From contig JBEKKK010000001.1 of the NCBI GenBank assembly GCA_050010755.1, forward strand, positions 768,001 to 832,000: 64,000 nt of DNA, written 5' to 3'. The notes beneath the pieces were generated by a model. The model saw nothing but the letters and a program-made list of their open reading frames with translations. It made no database searches and was not told the origin of the DNA. Numbering within the stretch: the first letter of the stretch is position 1; each line of letters opens with the position of its first letter. Both the position numbers and the translations under genes were made by a program. This stretch comes from Candidatus Bathyarchaeia archaeon (GTDB lineage Archaea; Thermoproteota; Bathyarchaeia; Bathyarchaeales; Bathycorpusculaceae). Shown piece after piece: positions 30,511 through 39,936 of this stretch.

Positions 30511-31236
30511 ATGGAATTCTCCAATTCCTATGAGGATCCTAAACGCGCAGAAGCCTATGCTAAACTAGAGTTTCCAGGCACGTACTATTTGGCATACAGG
30601 GATTTGCCAAACATCATATTTCAGCACGTCAAAGGAAGGAAAGCATTAGATTTCGGGTGCGGTGCGGGACGTTCCACAAGGTTTCTAAATAAACTCGGGT
30701 TCAACACCGTAGGCGTGGACATATCACCAGACATGATAAAGAAAGCAAGAGAAATCGATCCCAAAGGAGATTATCGCCTCATCGAAGAAAGCGACTTTAC
30801 ACGGTTCAAAGAAAACGCCTACGATCTAGCACTCTCTGTTTTCACGTTTGACAATATCCCCACAATGGAAAAGAAAGTCAAGAACTTCATAGGACTCAGA
30901 AGGCTACTGAACAGCGAAGGAAGAGTGGTAAGCGTGGTCTCCTCACCAGAAATATACGTCCATGAATGGGCATCATTTTCCACAAAAGACTATCCCGAGA
31001 ACAAACACGCGAAAAGCGGAGACAAAGTGAAGATAATTCAAACAGACATCGAAGACAAAAGGCCAGTGGAAGATATCGTCTGGACAGACGAGTACTATCA
31101 AAAGACCTACAAGAGAGCTGGATTGGAAATGATCAAGACGTACAAACCCTTAGCAAAAGAGGATGAACCGTACGAATGGGTCAATGAAACAAAGATCGCC
31201 CCTTGGGTAATCTACGTTCTAGAAAGAAGCGTATAG
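30511..31236 (+). CDS. Class I SAM-dependent methyltransferase
   Basis: Motif I 'ALDFGCGAGRS', 'GVDIS'. Confidence 0.88.
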   Translation: MEFSNSYEDPKRAEAYAKLEFPGTYYLAYRDLPNIIFQHVKGRKALDFGCGAGRSTRFLNKLGFNTVGVDISPDMIKKAREIDPKGDYRLIEESDFTRFKENAYDLALSVFTFDNIPTMEKKVKNFIGLRRLLNSEGRVVSVVSSPEIYVHEWASFSTKDYPENKHAKSGDKVKIIQTDIEDKRPVEDIVWTDEYYQKTYKRAGLEMIKTYKPLAKEDEPYEWVNETKIAPWVIYVLERSV

Positions 31237-31293
31237 CCTCGTAGCGTACGCGAAGCTATTATACTTCGGATTCCCAACTAGGCTGATTTAGTT

Positions 31294-32514
31294 ATGAAGG
31301 CCGTTTATCTGCCCTGGTTACACATGCACCAGCCGATGGTGTTCTCTGACGATAACGAAATCGAGGGCAACTTGGAAAAAATGTTCAGTTCCGAAGACTC
31401 AAGAGATCAGTGGGATGCCAGACTGATGGCGATGGCTTATAGAAACCCTGCTTTCTGGGTCAGAAACCTTGAAGGCGAAGGAAAACAGCCGAGGGTTGCA
31501 GTCGATTTCTCCGGGCTTCTCCTTGAAAATCTCGAAAAAACGAGGAAACTCTATTCTCAAAAGGACGTGGATGGCAACGTAATAGGAGACATAATCGAGC
31601 TTTGGAAGCAGGTTCTTCATGAATATCCTAGCTCCATAGAGTTTTCGGGAACAGCGTACGCTCACTGTTACTTCCCCGTCACTCCAGAAGAAGACTGGGA
31701 ACCCCAGATCGACTTCTGGAGAAAAACATTCCGTTCGCTTTTTGGTCCCGAACCCATCAAGAAGGTCAAAGGATTCTGGCTGCCAGAGATGGGTGTTCCA
31801 GCTACTGAGGGACTGAGTAGACTGGTGACGCTGCTGAAGAGCAGGGGCTACGAATGGCTGATTCTGCCGATCGAAGCCGTGAAGGCTGAGAGAACCATGT
31901 CCTACGAAAAACACGTTGAGACCTTCAGCCATCCCCACGTTCTCAGAACCGAGGGCGAAGAGATAACCGCCGTTTTCAGGCCGAAGTACAATTTCATTAA
32001 TCAACAGGAAGGATGCGATGCAAACGGAATATACAACAAGTGCCTCGAAGCCGCACGCATTTCAGAAAAATCCGGTAGAAAATACCCGGCGCTAGTTGTT
32101 CCAGCGTCTGACGGCGAGAACGGAAACGTCATGATGAACCATTTCTTCGCCGACACGTTCATTCCGTTCTTCAGAGAAAAACTGAACAGCGAAGTTTCCT
32201 CGATGACCATTACTCAATACCTCAAAGAGTATCCTCCCGACAGCGAGATCGAGCTGCAATCCATCGGAGGCTCATGGTTGGGGAGCCATTCACACTGGGA
32301 GGGCGGAGAAAAACAGTTGGAGATGAAGAAGAAGATAGAAGAGCTGAGCAGCAGATTTCACGCTTCGGAGGGAAAAGCATCAAGAAGCGAGGAGGCGCTG
32401 AAAGCACTCCTCATGGCTGAGACGAGCTGCTACGTGTACTGGAACAGCAGCTTCTGGTTCGACCAAGGAGAAAAAATGATAAAATTCGCATACCAAAAAA
32501 TGGAGCAGGCTTAA
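31294..32514 (+). CDS. Glycoside hydrolase family 57 protein
   Basis: 'HMHQP', nucleophile 'WLPEM', acid/base 'SDGEN', 'GGSW', 'AETSC'. Confidence 0.85.
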   Translation: MKAVYLPWLHMHQPMVFSDDNEIEGNLEKMFSSEDSRDQWDARLMAMAYRNPAFWVRNLEGEGKQPRVAVDFSGLLLENLEKTRKLYSQKDVDGNVIGDIIELWKQVLHEYPSSIEFSGTAYAHCYFPVTPEEDWEPQIDFWRKTFRSLFGPEPIKKVKGFWLPEMGVPATEGLSRLVTLLKSRGYEWLILPIEAVKAERTMSYEKHVETFSHPHVLRTEGEEITAVFRPKYNFINQQEGCDANGIYNKCLEAARISEKSGRKYPALVVPASDGENGNVMMNHFFADTFIPFFREKLNSEVSSMTITQYLKEYPPDSEIELQSIGGSWLGSHSHWEGGEKQLEMKKKIEELSSRFHASEGKASRSEEALKALLMAETSCYVYWNSSFWFDQGEKMIKFAYQKMEQA

Positions 32515-32525
32515 CCCTTGCACAT

Positions 32526-33731
32526 TCAACCCGATGCCTTCCACGCGCCATTATTGTACTCGTTCCGAACAGCATCGTAAACGCCACTTGTCCACTCTGC
32601 AATCTTGTCCCAGTTGTAGTTCCACAGGCACTTTCGATACGCGTTCTCAACCACGTAGTTCTTGAACCCAACATCTCTCAACATCCTGAGAATTGCCCCC
32701 GCCAACGCTGGAGGATCACCTGTTGGAACCCTCAGGCCAGTGCCGCCGTCGTCCACGATTTCATTCAGTCCACCGGTAGAAGTCGTCACCAAGGGGCAGT
32801 GAGCGGCCATGGCTTCAAGTGCCACTATCCCGAAGGGCTCGAATTTCGATGGGACAACGGTCACGTCTGCCACACGATACAGAGCTCTTAGAACCCAATC
32901 GTCAATGTATCCTGCAAACATCACTTTTTCGGCCAGACCGCGTTCGCTGACGATCCCTTGATACACTTCTTTTTGAGGTCCCTCTCCAACCACGACTAGT
33001 TTGACGTTCACGCCTCCATCGAGAATCATGGGTAACGCGTTGATGAGAGTGTCTAAGCCCTTTTCAGTAACTAGCCTCCCGACGAACAGTAAGATTCTTT
33101 CGGAGGCGTGTGCAAATCGATTCCTGACATCCCAATAGTTGAAGCCGAAGCTGAATTTTGAAACGTCGACGCCGTTGGGTATAACGCACACTTTGTTTTC
33201 GGGCAGATGGAAACACCAGGCGACGTGGCTGCGCATATAATAAGAACAGGTGATAACCCGCCAAGATTCAAAGGTAATCCAGCCCTCAATCTGATGAATC
33301 GACGCCTGAAAATCATTGTGGATCCCCGTTCTTCTGCCATATTCCGTGCTGTGCATCGTCGTAATCAAGGGTTTCCTGTACAGATGCTTCAGTCCGACGC
33401 CCGCGACGCCGGAAAGCCAATCGTGCGCGTGGATAATGTCGAACCCTCCTGTTCCGCTGATTAAGTCGCTGCCAGCGATCTCCATGTTCTTCTGCATTCG
33501 AAGGGCCCAACCCAGAAACGAGTCTCCAGTGGCATACGCTTCAAACCTGTCGACGTTGACGCCGTCGATGCTCTCGAACTTCTTAGCACCGGGAAAGTTG
33601 CATGTCATAACATTAACTTCTAAGCCCCTGCGAACGAGGGCCCTGGAGAGATCAAAAACGTGTGAAGCTATGCCCCCTATTATTCGGGGAGGAAATTCCC
33701 ATGATAGATGAAGAATCCGCATTCGCATCAC
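32526..33731 (-). CDS. GT4 glycosyltransferase, full length, copy 2
   Basis: 'WEFPPRIIGG', 'HAHDW', 'GRLVTEKG', 'EPFGIVALEAMA'. Confidence 0.92.
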   Translation of the reverse strand: MMRMRILHLSWEFPPRIIGGIASHVFDLSRALVRRGLEVNVMTCNFPGAKKFESIDGVNVDRFEAYATGDSFLGWALRMQKNMEIAGSDLISGTGGFDIIHAHDWLSGVAGVGLKHLYRKPLITTMHSTEYGRRTGIHNDFQASIHQIEGWITFESWRVITCSYYMRSHVAWCFHLPENKVCVIPNGVDVSKFSFGFNYWDVRNRFAHASERILLFVGRLVTEKGLDTLINALPMILDGGVNVKLVVVGEGPQKEVYQGIVSERGLAEKVMFAGYIDDWVLRALYRVADVTVVPSKFEPFGIVALEAMAAHCPLVTTSTGGLNEIVDDGGTGLRVPTGDPPALAGAILRMLRDVGFKNYVVENAYRKCLWNYNWDKIAEWTSGVYDAVRNEYNNGAWKASG

Positions 33732-34358
33732 TCACGTTATGGCCCGGTTGTACACTGAAATGACTTCATCAACCCAGTTCGGGCCGACAGGCCAGATTAC
33801 CCTCATTTTCCCATTGTGACCCTCACCGTAGTATCTCAATATCTCCCTTTTCAACGACTCAGTGTTCGTGATCACCGTTTTAGATTCCCACATTCCCATG
33901 TCCTCAATTTCCTTGATTGCCAAGCTGGTAGCGTTGAAATTGTCGTGGCACCGATGCCCTTCGATTGAATGAAAGGTCATGACGAAGGGAATGTGAAAGG
34001 CGTGTTTGAGAACGATAGCCGGATATGTCGTAAGCCACTCGTGAGCATGAACAATATCGATTCTTTTCCCTAGCTGTTTATAGAAATGAATGATGTTTGA
34101 GGATTCAGTTTCCATCTGCAGCGAAGCTGTAACGTCATAACTGAGTATGCTAGCCATCGGATGAGTCTTGACAGGATTGGCAACTCTGTGGACGTGAACG
34201 CCGGAAACATCTTCAAACCCTGGCTTCAAATCGTCCAGAGCTACCAGTTCAACCTCGTTTCCTCGTCTGAGAAGCTCATGGGCCAGCGTGCTCACGTGGT
34301 CAGCGACATTTCCAAGGCGTTTGGGCGGATATTCCCAGCTAAGCAACAGAATGCGCAT
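33732..34358 (-). CDS. GT4 N-terminal-domain-only protein, copy 2
   Basis: 'WEYPPKRLGNV', 'HAHEW'; no C-domain; abuts the full GT4. Confidence 0.85.
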   Translation of the reverse strand: MRILLLSWEYPPKRLGNVADHVSTLAHELLRRGNEVELVALDDLKPGFEDVSGVHVHRVANPVKTHPMASILSYDVTASLQMETESSNIIHFYKQLGKRIDIVHAHEWLTTYPAIVLKHAFHIPFVMTFHSIEGHRCHDNFNATSLAIKEIEDMGMWESKTVITNTESLKREILRYYGEGHNGKMRVIWPVGPNWVDEVISVYNRAIT

Positions 34359-34391
34359 CGGCGAGCCACTGGTAGGGATAGAGTTGCGAGG

Positions 34392-34964
34392 TCACGAGCG
34401 TGTTTTGCCCAATCTCAATCGTTCTATGCGAGCGTCTGTCAACCCTGTAATGCGGGTTCTGAGCTCTTCACCGTAGAGGTTTGAGGTTCTTAATCGCTCA
34501 AAATCTTTGGCCAGCTCTGCATCACCAAGAACATCCTTGCACCATTTTGCAAAGTCGCCTCTCTTAACGTGAAACTCCAACGATTTGGGATCAACCTTCT
34601 TTGCTTTTTCCTTAAAATCTGAGAGGCTGCAAGCGGACATTTTCGCGGACTTGTCCTGTCCGAATCCAGTGTAAAAGTGGAAGCATTTTTCCTGAGGCAG
34701 TGCCGAGTAAACTTCCTTTGCACTTTCCGGCAGCACTCCTATCGCAATTAGTCCGAGAGGAGTCAATTTGTAGGCAGAGGGATCTTCTTGCGTCTTGTTC
34801 AGAAACATTTTTTGTTCCAACGATTTCAGATAGACGGATAGATCCTGAGTGGTGTAGGGTTCTCCCAGACCCACCGCAAGGCTGTCGGGCGTTGCTTTTC
34901 CCAGCGAGTTAATCTTTTTTAGCACAACGATCTCGTCTTTCGAGGATACAGACACGGAAAGCAC
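34392..34964 (-). CDS. wHTH + DUF5752-like domain protein
   Basis: N-terminal wHTH ending 'YKLTPLGLIA'; C-terminal 'FHFYTG...SLSDF...SLEFH..RGDF.KW...LGD.ELA' matches the GH57 C-terminal domains in this window. Confidence 0.75.
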   Translation of the reverse strand: MLSVSVSSKDEIVVLKKINSLGKATPDSLAVGLGEPYTTQDLSVYLKSLEQKMFLNKTQEDPSAYKLTPLGLIAIGVLPESAKEVYSALPQEKCFHFYTGFGQDKSAKMSACSLSDFKEKAKKVDPKSLEFHVKRGDFAKWCKDVLGDAELAKDFERLRTSNLYGEELRTRITGLTDARIERLRLGKTRS

Positions 34965-35041
34965 CTGAGTCTCAGATAGTGGGCATCCACCATAATAACT
35001 TTATCTTCCAACCCCCAATCTGTCTTAAGGGTGGCAGCAGA

Positions 35042-36259
35042 ATGGACAAGCAACCTTTGCATTTTGCCTTGGTATTGCACATGCATCAGCCAAGGTACAA
35101 CCTGTACGGCCCCACCTACGAGTCTGAGATGGCCCGCGACGTTTTCAACCAGACACTTCATCCCTACACGTACCCTTCAGAAGCGCTGAGAAAAGAAGAG
35201 AATGCGAGGATCACTCTAAACTTCACGGGCAGCTTGATTGAACAAATTAACGAGCTCGCAACCGTCGGGTTCGATCCAAGACTGAACGGACTATGGGACA
35301 GATACCAAGAGACACGCACCCTCGGCAGAGCAGAGTTCACAGGCTGCGGCTATTTTCACCCAATATTCCCGCTCATCCCAGAGGCAGACCGACTGAAACA
35401 AATTGAAAAACATCTGAACCTCTACGAGCGAACCTTCGGAACGAGACCAGAGGGATTATGGCTTCCAGAACTCGCCTTCAGCCCCAAGATAATCCCCGTG
35501 CTGGCAAAGAGTGGCGTAAAATGGACGATAGTTGACGGCCCTCACATCGTCAACGCCAACAAAGACAAGAACATGTATCAACTGTTGTACAGACCCCACT
35601 TTGCGGAGTACGATGGACACCGCATAATTGTCATCCCCCGCGACAGGATGATCAGCATCGCTCAACAAAGTGGCTACAACCCCGTATGGCTCAAACACGA
35701 GGTTGAAAGAGAAATCGAACCAAACAACGATGGAGAGTTCCTATTGACCGTGGCCACAGACGGAGAAAACGGATGGTTCCGCCACTCCGGAGAGAACGCC
35801 GGATTCTGGGGATGGTTCTTCGAACCCCTCCTCTATCTCCTGAAGAAAGATCCCGACTTCCAATTCATAAAATTGACAACTATAACCGAATACCTCGCTG
35901 AACATCCGCCGAAAGACATCGTGAGTGTTGAGGATGGAAGCTGGAATGTTCCAGACACGTTTGACGATGGCAGGTTCCTGAAGTGGACTGGGAGTGAAGA
36001 GAAGCAAAAAACCTGGAGCCGCGTTCTCGAGGCCAGCGCAATTCTGCGTGAAACGGAAGAAAAGATAGAAACCGGGAGGGTGAACTGTCCGCCAGCGGCG
36101 ATCGACGCGTTAGATCAGGCTTGCCGCTGGCTGCTGATGGCCGAGGCGAGCGACGATTTCTGGTGGGGAAGCAAAGACTGGCTAGATCGATCCGTCGTCT
36201 GCTCCCTCAAAGCCAGGGAAAAAATCAATGAAGCATCAAGTCTCTGTAGAATCACGTAG
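35042..36259 (+). CDS. Glycoside hydrolase family 57 protein
   Basis: 'HMHQP', 'WLPEL', 'TDGEN', 'GSW', 'AEASD'. Confidence 0.87.
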   Translation: MDKQPLHFALVLHMHQPRYNLYGPTYESEMARDVFNQTLHPYTYPSEALRKEENARITLNFTGSLIEQINELATVGFDPRLNGLWDRYQETRTLGRAEFTGCGYFHPIFPLIPEADRLKQIEKHLNLYERTFGTRPEGLWLPELAFSPKIIPVLAKSGVKWTIVDGPHIVNANKDKNMYQLLYRPHFAEYDGHRIIVIPRDRMISIAQQSGYNPVWLKHEVEREIEPNNDGEFLLTVATDGENGWFRHSGENAGFWGWFFEPLLYLLKKDPDFQFIKLTTITEYLAEHPPKDIVSVEDGSWNVPDTFDDGRFLKWTGSEEKQKTWSRVLEASAILRETEEKIETGRVNCPPAAIDALDQACRWLLMAEASDDFWWGSKDWLDRSVVCSLKAREKINEASSLCRIT

Positions 36260-37460
36260 GCTTCCAAGAACCCGCATTATACACTTCGAGTACCTGTTCA
36301 TAAAACTCCTTTGTCTGCCTCGCAATCTTTGCCCAATCGTAAACATGCACCGCCTTCTGGTACGCGTTGTCCTTAATCCAGTTGGCGTATCCGGGATCCA
36401 AAAGCACTCTCGTCACGCCCCACGCGACTGAGTCTGCGTTCCCGGGGAAAACCTTGGTTCCAGTTCTATCGTGTTCAACGATTTCTGAGAGACCGCCCGA
36501 GTTTGATGCTACCAGCGCCGTCTTCGCTGCCATCGCTTCTAGCGCCGTGATGCCAAACGGTTCGTAAAGAGAAGGCACGACGCAGACATCGGCGATTTGA
36601 TACAGCTTTCTGAGACGGTCGTCGTCCAGAAAGCCTGTGAAAATAACCTTGTGTGAAAGGTGCATGTTGGCCACTTGCCGCGTGAGAGAATCCCTCATGC
36701 CGCCGTCACCGACAACCACGAATTTCGCGTTCGCTCTGGAAAGGATTTTCGGGATAGCGTTGATTAAGGTCTGCACGCCCTTTTCATAGACCAAGCGGCC
36801 GACGAAGAGCACAATCTTCTCTTCAGGCGACGCGAACCTCTTCCTGAACTCAGCCTTGTCGAACTCCTTCTGATACACACTCACGTCAACGCCGTTAGGA
36901 ATAATCGTCACCCTATCCTCGGAAAGACCGAAGGCCCACCTCACCTGCCAAGACATGTACCAGCTGCAGCAGACAACTCGCCAAGACTCGTGAGCGAGCC
37001 AGTTTTCGGTTTGATGAATCATCCTTTCATAATCCGTGTGAAGTCCGTTCCTCCTGCCGATTTCGGTCGAGTGTATGGTGGCAACAAGTGGGATTCTGAA
37101 GACGTGTTTGAGGCCGACAGCGGCGTTTGCCACGAGCCAATCATGGGCGTGTATTATGTCAACTCGGCCGTCGAGACTGCTGATGAGAGCAGCCGTTTCT
37201 TTTTGCATGTTCACGTTCATCAAGGAGTCCCAAGTCGCAAAGTCCGGGGAAGGAGTTTTATATGAATCTACTCTCAGCACGTGTGCACCGTTCACCGTCT
37301 CGCTTTCCGGGGCCCCGGGAAAGTCGCATGTCACGATGTAAGTATCTACACCGAGTTTTACGAGTTCTCGCGACAGATTGAAAAGATGAGCCGAGAGTCC
37401 GCCCACCGTTCTCGGCGGAAACTCCCACGATAGCATCACGACTCGAAGATGCTTGTTCAG
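36252..37460 (-). CDS. GT4 glycosyltransferase, full length, copy 3 (start CTG 37460 or GTG 37439)
   Basis: 'WEFPPRTVGG', 'HAHDW', 'GRLVYEKG', 'EPFGITALEAMA'. Confidence 0.9.
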   Translation of the reverse strand: MNKHLRVVMLSWEFPPRTVGGLSAHLFNLSRELVKLGVDTYIVTCDFPGAPESETVNGAHVLRVDSYKTPSPDFATWDSLMNVNMQKETAALISSLDGRVDIIHAHDWLVANAAVGLKHVFRIPLVATIHSTEIGRRNGLHTDYERMIHQTENWLAHESWRVVCCSWYMSWQVRWAFGLSEDRVTIIPNGVDVSVYQKEFDKAEFRKRFASPEEKIVLFVGRLVYEKGVQTLINAIPKILSRANAKFVVVGDGGMRDSLTRQVANMHLSHKVIFTGFLDDDRLRKLYQIADVCVVPSLYEPFGITALEAMAAKTALVASNSGGLSEIVEHDRTGTKVFPGNADSVAWGVTRVLLDPGYANWIKDNAYQKAVHVYDWAKIARQTKEFYEQVLEVYNAGSWKPT

Positions 37461-38089
37461 TTTGCAGGTACCCCCAGCTTCTGATAAACCGCTAAAATGC
37501 TATTTATCCAAGATTCGGCATCAGGCGAAACCACCTCTATCCTGTTGTCTAAGATGTTGTAGTGACGCTTCAATTCTTGCTTCATCCATTCCGATTTGAC
37601 CAGGACGCTCGCGGCTTCAGACAATCCTAGAGACTCCATGCTTCTTATGGACGAGCTCAGAGGGGCACCGCTGTTTCGAGATCGGTGAGGTTCGAGACTG
37701 TCTACCGAAAAAACAAATGGAATCTTTAACGCCTTTTTCAACGTGACGGCGGCTGGTACGAAGTGCCAATCGTGCACGTCGATGAGATCCACCTCGTGCT
37801 TCATCGAATAATAGATGTCTGCGGCGACACGTTCGGCTTCTTGATTCAGGCTCAACATCCACGTTAGAACGTTTATTTGAGGTTGAACCTTGTCCGAGAT
37901 TCTGTATGCCTTAATGCCGTCTGCGCCCTGATGAAAACCGGTCCAAGAATTGTTATACGTGACAACGTACACGTCGACGCTTTTCTTCACCAATTCCGCC
38001 GCAAGCCTGTTCACGTAATGCGCGAGTTGGCCGATGATTCTCGGAGGAAATTCCCACGTGAAAATTATCACGCGCACGAGAGAGCGCAC
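37457..38089 (-). CDS. GT4 N-terminal-domain-only protein, copy 3
   Basis: 'WEFPPRIIGQL', 'DVHDW'; close paralog of 8890..9507. Confidence 0.85.
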   Translation of the reverse strand: MRSLVRVIIFTWEFPPRIIGQLAHYVNRLAAELVKKSVDVYVVTYNNSWTGFHQGADGIKAYRISDKVQPQINVLTWMLSLNQEAERVAADIYYSMKHEVDLIDVHDWHFVPAAVTLKKALKIPFVFSVDSLEPHRSRNSGAPLSSSIRSMESLGLSEAASVLVKSEWMKQELKRHYNILDNRIEVVSPDAESWINSILAVYQKLGVPAN

Positions 38090-38093
38090 TTCC

Positions 38094-38354
38094 TCAGCTG
38101 AAAAACGAGGAGACTCTTATTATCCCCTTGCCCGTGAGGTAGAATCTTCTGTTTCCCTCGTGATCGCGGTAGTCTGCGACGTATCCGTCGGAAACATGCT
38201 TGTCCAAGTTCTGGTTGACCGTATTAACGTCTGTTTGAAGAATCTGAGCCAAATCCTCGCTTTTCCTAGCCATTTCGCCGCTAGTGGCAGATAGATTATG
38301 CATGGTAATCAGAAGACGCTCTGACAGAGAAGCCTCATACTCGCTCAACTTCAT
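38094..38354 (-). CDS. Small winged-HTH protein, copy 2
   Basis: 'MHNLSATS.E.AR.SE.L...GNRRFYLTGKGII'; paralog of 9518..9769. Confidence 0.75.
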   Translation of the reverse strand: MKLSEYEASLSERLLITMHNLSATSGEMARKSEDLAQILQTDVNTVNQNLDKHVSDGYVADYRDHEGNRRFYLTGKGIIRVSSFFS

Positions 38355-38443
38355 CAGTCTCTTCCTTCAAGAAGATGACCGACCAAATAACTTTTGTGCA
38401 AGAGACCTTTAATACATGTCAACACACGTCAATGTGATTATTA

Positions 38444-39919
38444 ATGACCCCTCGCCGTCTGACCGTTCTGATGCTTAGCTGGGAATTTCCGCCCAGAATT
38501 ATTGGGGGAATCTCCTCACACGTGAATGATCTCTCGATGGCTCTGACCAGTAGGAATGTTATGGTTCATGTAGTCACGTGCGACTTTCCAGGAGCCCCAG
38601 AGTACGAGCGAGTAGGCGGGGTCGAGGTGCACCGCTTCAACTCGAAGATACCATCTACGACCTTCCTAGGATGGGTTTTCTCAATGAACCAGGCCATGGC
38701 CGAAAAAGCCATCGACGTCATCAACGATAGCAACGAAGAGATAGACATTATCCACGCTCATGACTGGCTCGTCGCCGAAGCGGCCGTGAAAGTCAGCCAG
38801 GCATTCACGAAACCATTGGTCTCAACGATACACGCAACTGAAATGGGAAGAAGGAGCGGAATACACAACGATTACCAGAGGACCATAAACGAAGTGGAAT
38901 GGCACCTCGTCAACCAGAGCTCAGAGGTAATATGTTGCAGCAATTACATGGCTCATCAGGTTTCCTCCGCCTTCAACGTACAAGGTTCCAAACTTCATGT
39001 GATTCCAAACGGCGTGAACGCCGCCAAGTTCAGCGGCAGCATCGGCACAATGCCCGTCAAACAGCAGTACGCAATGAACGGTGAGAAAATAGTGTCCTTC
39101 GTCGGAAGGCTCGTTCACGAGAAGGGAGTGCACGTCCTCATCGGCGCAGTGCCCAAAGTGTTGACGGAGGTGCCTAAGGTCAACTTCGTAATCGTCGGGG
39201 AAGGAGGGATGAAGGATTATTTGGCGAAGGAGGCGTATGACTTCGGCGTCGCCGATCATGTCTTTTTTGCAGGTTTTGTTGATGAAAAAACGTTGATTTC
39301 GATTTACAGGGCGAGTGACGCTGCCGTTTTCCCCTCTCTTTACGAGCCGTTCGGCATCACTGCTCTAGAAGCGATGGCAGCGAAGACGCCGGTCATAGTG
39401 ACGGACACTGGAGGACTGGCCGAGATAGTGGAACATGAAAAGACAGGCATCAAGGTTTTCGTGGACAACTCGGATTCGTTGGCCTGGGGAATCCTGAGAG
39501 TGCTTAAAAACCCTGGGGTCGCAAAAAAGTTTCGTGAGAATGGCTACCAAGAAGTTCTCAGAGAGTATGATTGGAGCGCCATCGCCGAAAGAACCCTGGA
39601 AGTCTATAATAGCGCACTCGTGTCGACTTCCAGACCTGAACCAATTCGCATGAAATTTCCTTCATTCACGTTCGAAGAGCATCCTCCAGAAATGAGAATC
39701 CTTCTTTTGATGCACATTCTCGGAGCCCTCGACGACGAAAACGCCAAGCGACCCGCAGAGCTGGTGGAAATACTGGGAATGGACGCCAAGACGCTGCGTG
39801 TTCTGCTGCAGAAACTCGTGGACTCCGGTTACATAATCTCTTTCAGAGACAATCTCCGGCGGGTCCGGTATTACCTCACCAAACTCGGCATAGTCAAAGT
39901 GCTGTCAGCTTTTTCCTAA
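38444..39919 (+). CDS. GT4 glycosyltransferase fused to a C-terminal wHTH domain
   Basis: Complete GT4 motifs plus a ~80-aa tail 'MHILGALDDENAKRPAEL...RYYLTKLGIVKVLSAFS' homologous to the small wHTH proteins. Confidence 0.88.
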   Translation: MTPRRLTVLMLSWEFPPRIIGGISSHVNDLSMALTSRNVMVHVVTCDFPGAPEYERVGGVEVHRFNSKIPSTTFLGWVFSMNQAMAEKAIDVINDSNEEIDIIHAHDWLVAEAAVKVSQAFTKPLVSTIHATEMGRRSGIHNDYQRTINEVEWHLVNQSSEVICCSNYMAHQVSSAFNVQGSKLHVIPNGVNAAKFSGSIGTMPVKQQYAMNGEKIVSFVGRLVHEKGVHVLIGAVPKVLTEVPKVNFVIVGEGGMKDYLAKEAYDFGVADHVFFAGFVDEKTLISIYRASDAAVFPSLYEPFGITALEAMAAKTPVIVTDTGGLAEIVEHEKTGIKVFVDNSDSLAWGILRVLKNPGVAKKFRENGYQEVLREYDWSAIAERTLEVYNSALVSTSRPEPIRMKFPSFTFEEHPPEMRILLLMHILGALDDENAKRPAELVEILGMDAKTLRVLLQKLVDSGYIISFRDNLRRVRYYLTKLGIVKVLSAFS

Positions 39920-39936
39920 AACAGAAGTTCCGTTCC

